This document shows, piece by piece, positions 62,494 to 64,000 of a stretch of DNA of 64,000 nt. Source of the DNA: an uncultured Verrucomicrobiae bacterium. Lineage in GTDB: Bacteria; Verrucomicrobiota; Verrucomicrobiia; Verrucomicrobiales; Akkermansiaceae. Both the position numbers and the translations under genes were made by a program. Location of the stretch: the NCBI GenBank assembly GCA_963841745.1, contig CAWJDV010000012.1:20779-84778 (forward strand), given 5' to 3'. The notes beneath the pieces are model-generated. The model saw only the letters and a list, made by a program, of their open reading frames with translations. It did not search any database and was not told the origin of the DNA. Within the stretch, counting starts at the first letter, position 1; each line of letters starts with the position of its first letter.

Positions 62494-62678
62494 GAATGGC
62501 GCTAACTTAAGGCGGATTTGGGATAAATTCAGGCATTCCGGCGGAATCGGATGGCTGGAGCGGAGGAATCCCAAAAAACCCCGGAAAACCAAAGCAAAAA
62601 GCTACCGTCCGAGGTCTTAATGCCAAGCTTACACAACCCGTTTAAAATGCATGTTTTCTCCTTAAGTTAGCGCCATTC
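62494..62678. mobile_element. Candidate MITE (185 bp) with perfect 19-bp terminal inverted repeats
   Basis: gaatggcgctaacttaagg (62494-62512) and ccttaagttagcgccattc (62660-62678); the interior has no transposase ORF. Confidence 0.7.
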
Positions 62679-62754
62679 GGTTCAGGTCTCACCAAATAAC
62701 AATCATTTGCTTTCGCGAGGACTGGTATCATTCCCGAAGAACAGGCAGTAACGC

Positions 62755-63753
62755 CTATTTCACCGGCTCGGAAAGCCCGAAGCGCCACAGCCACACGAAG
62801 GCTAACAAAATCGCCGCAAGGCCGACGTGCAGCACCTGCACCCACGAATAAATATGGATCTGCGCCATCACCACACCCAGCACCATCTGCGAGATCACGA
62901 TGCCCACCGCGACTTTTTCAACCCTTCCCGGTCCGCCGACGCGATGCCGCTTCGTGAGCAGCCACGCCCACACCGCCGCGGCTAACACCGCCCAGGAAAA
63001 ACTCCGGTGGATCAGGTAAACCCATGATTGCTCCAGCTCGCCGGTCCAGGTTTCCCGAGCCACGTTCCCGTGAAACTTCGCCATCTCATCGGTCATTTCG
63101 CGGACTTGTGAACCGGAAATCCCTTCGATAACGATGACAACCAACAGAGCCGTCACCGCCAGCCGGAGTTTCCCGCGCACCGGGGAATCCAGCTCGATCC
63201 GCCACGGCGTGTCGGTGCCGCGCCAGGCACAATACATCATCGTCCCCAGCAGTGACATCGCCAGCGCGAGATGGGTGGTTAGAACTCCGGGACTCAGCCC
63301 GCTGTAAACCACCCGCGCGCCCATCCAGGCGTTGATGAGCACCACCACCAGCGAGGTGAACGCCATCCAAAACACCAGCGGCCGCTTTTCCCGCTGCCAG
63401 AAGGCGGCGATGAATGTGGCCAGCGAAAAGAAGCCCACTGGCAGACTCGTCAGGCGGTTCACAAACTCCGTCCACACGTGCCGCGGGTTGAACTCCTTGC
63501 GCAGGCTCTCCTCCGAAATCGTCGCTGGATCGCGCCCCATGCGCTCCGCCTTGCGCTGGAATTTCTCGATCGGCAGTTTGGAAAAATCCACATCCTCCAC
63601 CTTCGTCGGCGGGATCAGGCAGCCCCAGCACGTCGGCCAGTCCGGACAACCCATGCCCGCCCCGGTCACCCGCACGATCGCGCCCACAAACATCAACACC
63701 AGCACCGAAACCAAGGCCGCCGTGGCCAGTTTTTGAAAGCGCGTCATCCCCAT
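62755..63753 (-). CDS. ctaA: Heme A synthase (COX15/CtaA family)
   Basis: GAIVRVTGAGMGCPDWPTCWG, WTEFVNRL, THLALA, IHRSFS, QVLHVGLA. Confidence 0.9.
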   Translation of the reverse strand: MGMTRFQKLATAALVSVLVLMFVGAIVRVTGAGMGCPDWPTCWGCLIPPTKVEDVDFSKLPIEKFQRKAERMGRDPATISEESLRKEFNPRHVWTEFVNRLTSLPVGFFSLATFIAAFWQREKRPLVFWMAFTSLVVVLINAWMGARVVYSGLSPGVLTTHLALAMSLLGTMMYCAWRGTDTPWRIELDSPVRGKLRLAVTALLVVIVIEGISGSQVREMTDEMAKFHGNVARETWTGELEQSWVYLIHRSFSWAVLAAAVWAWLLTKRHRVGGPGRVEKVAVGIVISQMVLGVVMAQIHIYSWVQVLHVGLAAILLAFVWLWRFGLSEPVK

Positions 63754-63882
63754 GCGCGGACCATGGTCGGGGGCTCCGGGAATTCCAGCGAAAATCCAAC
63801 GCGGACGACTGGCGCTTTGCTCCAGCCGATGAGGATTCGAAAATCCGTCAAGGGCCGGAAGACCATTTCACGCGACTTCGGG

Positions 63883-64000
63883 TCAGCGCGATGCCGGACG
63901 GCGGCGGTTGTTACCGCGGGTGGCGTTGCTGTAATCAATGCCACCACCGCGATTTCCGCCGCCACCACGGTTGCCACCACCACCACCACCACCACCACCA
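63883..64000 (-). CDS. 3' end of a gene with a Gly/Arg-rich tail (possibly a DEAD-box helicase or RNA-binding protein)
   Basis: The minus frame reads GGGGGGGNRGGGGNRGGGIDYSNATRGNNRRPASR* with the stop at 63883-63885. Confidence 0.5.
   Translation of the reverse strand, partial: GGGGGGGGGNRGGGGNRGGGIDYSNATRGNNRRRPASR

Noticed and set aside
62550-62573. tRNA 3'-end-like sequence (reverse complement ...attcctccgctccagcca) as a possible att site
   Set aside because: No TTCGA T-loop and no cloverleaf; too short to support.
63955-64000. (cac)n microsatellite at the window end
   Set aside because: It is a poly-Gly codon run (ggt)n of the truncated minus-strand gene.

Overview
A GC-rich bacterial chromosomal segment, inferred to be from Verrucomicrobiota (Luteolibacter-like), based on PEP-CTERM proteins, a TIGR02597-like protein, tandem pilT genes and large BspA/choice-of-anchor-D surface proteins. 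Most of the window is core genome: an AsmA-like gene, a DUF883/YqjE-type cluster, pilT-pilT, thiD, an M20 dipeptidase, glnS, xseA, murI-glmM-glmU-like-glmS, an SSS transporter with galM, jag, bamA, an ABC-F gene and ctaA. An accessory block at about 39.5-57.4 kb encodes secreted orphan proteins, two very large modular surface proteins and a PEP-CTERM protein. Many genes, including essential bamA, are broken by single-base indels, most likely long-read or assembly errors. The most interesting signals are: (1) one REP-like palindrome family whose copies sit directly at stop codons, supply one stop codon and are translated inside a glmU-like gene, together with a RAYT-type Y1 transposase fused in frame to a decayed gene; (2) a shared C-terminal domain (S-x-D/N-L-x-x-W...F-F/Y-R) on unrelated secreted proteins, apparently interchangeable with PEP-CTERM and a candidate export or sorting signal; (3) an unnamed domain of about 135 aa present five times across two adjacent genes; (4) two candidate MITEs; (5) convergent sigma-54-like promoters around a small anti-sigma-like ORF; and (6) a candidate structured sRNA. 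I found no rRNA, intact tRNA or CRISPR array. All family calls come from motif recognition, without database searches.
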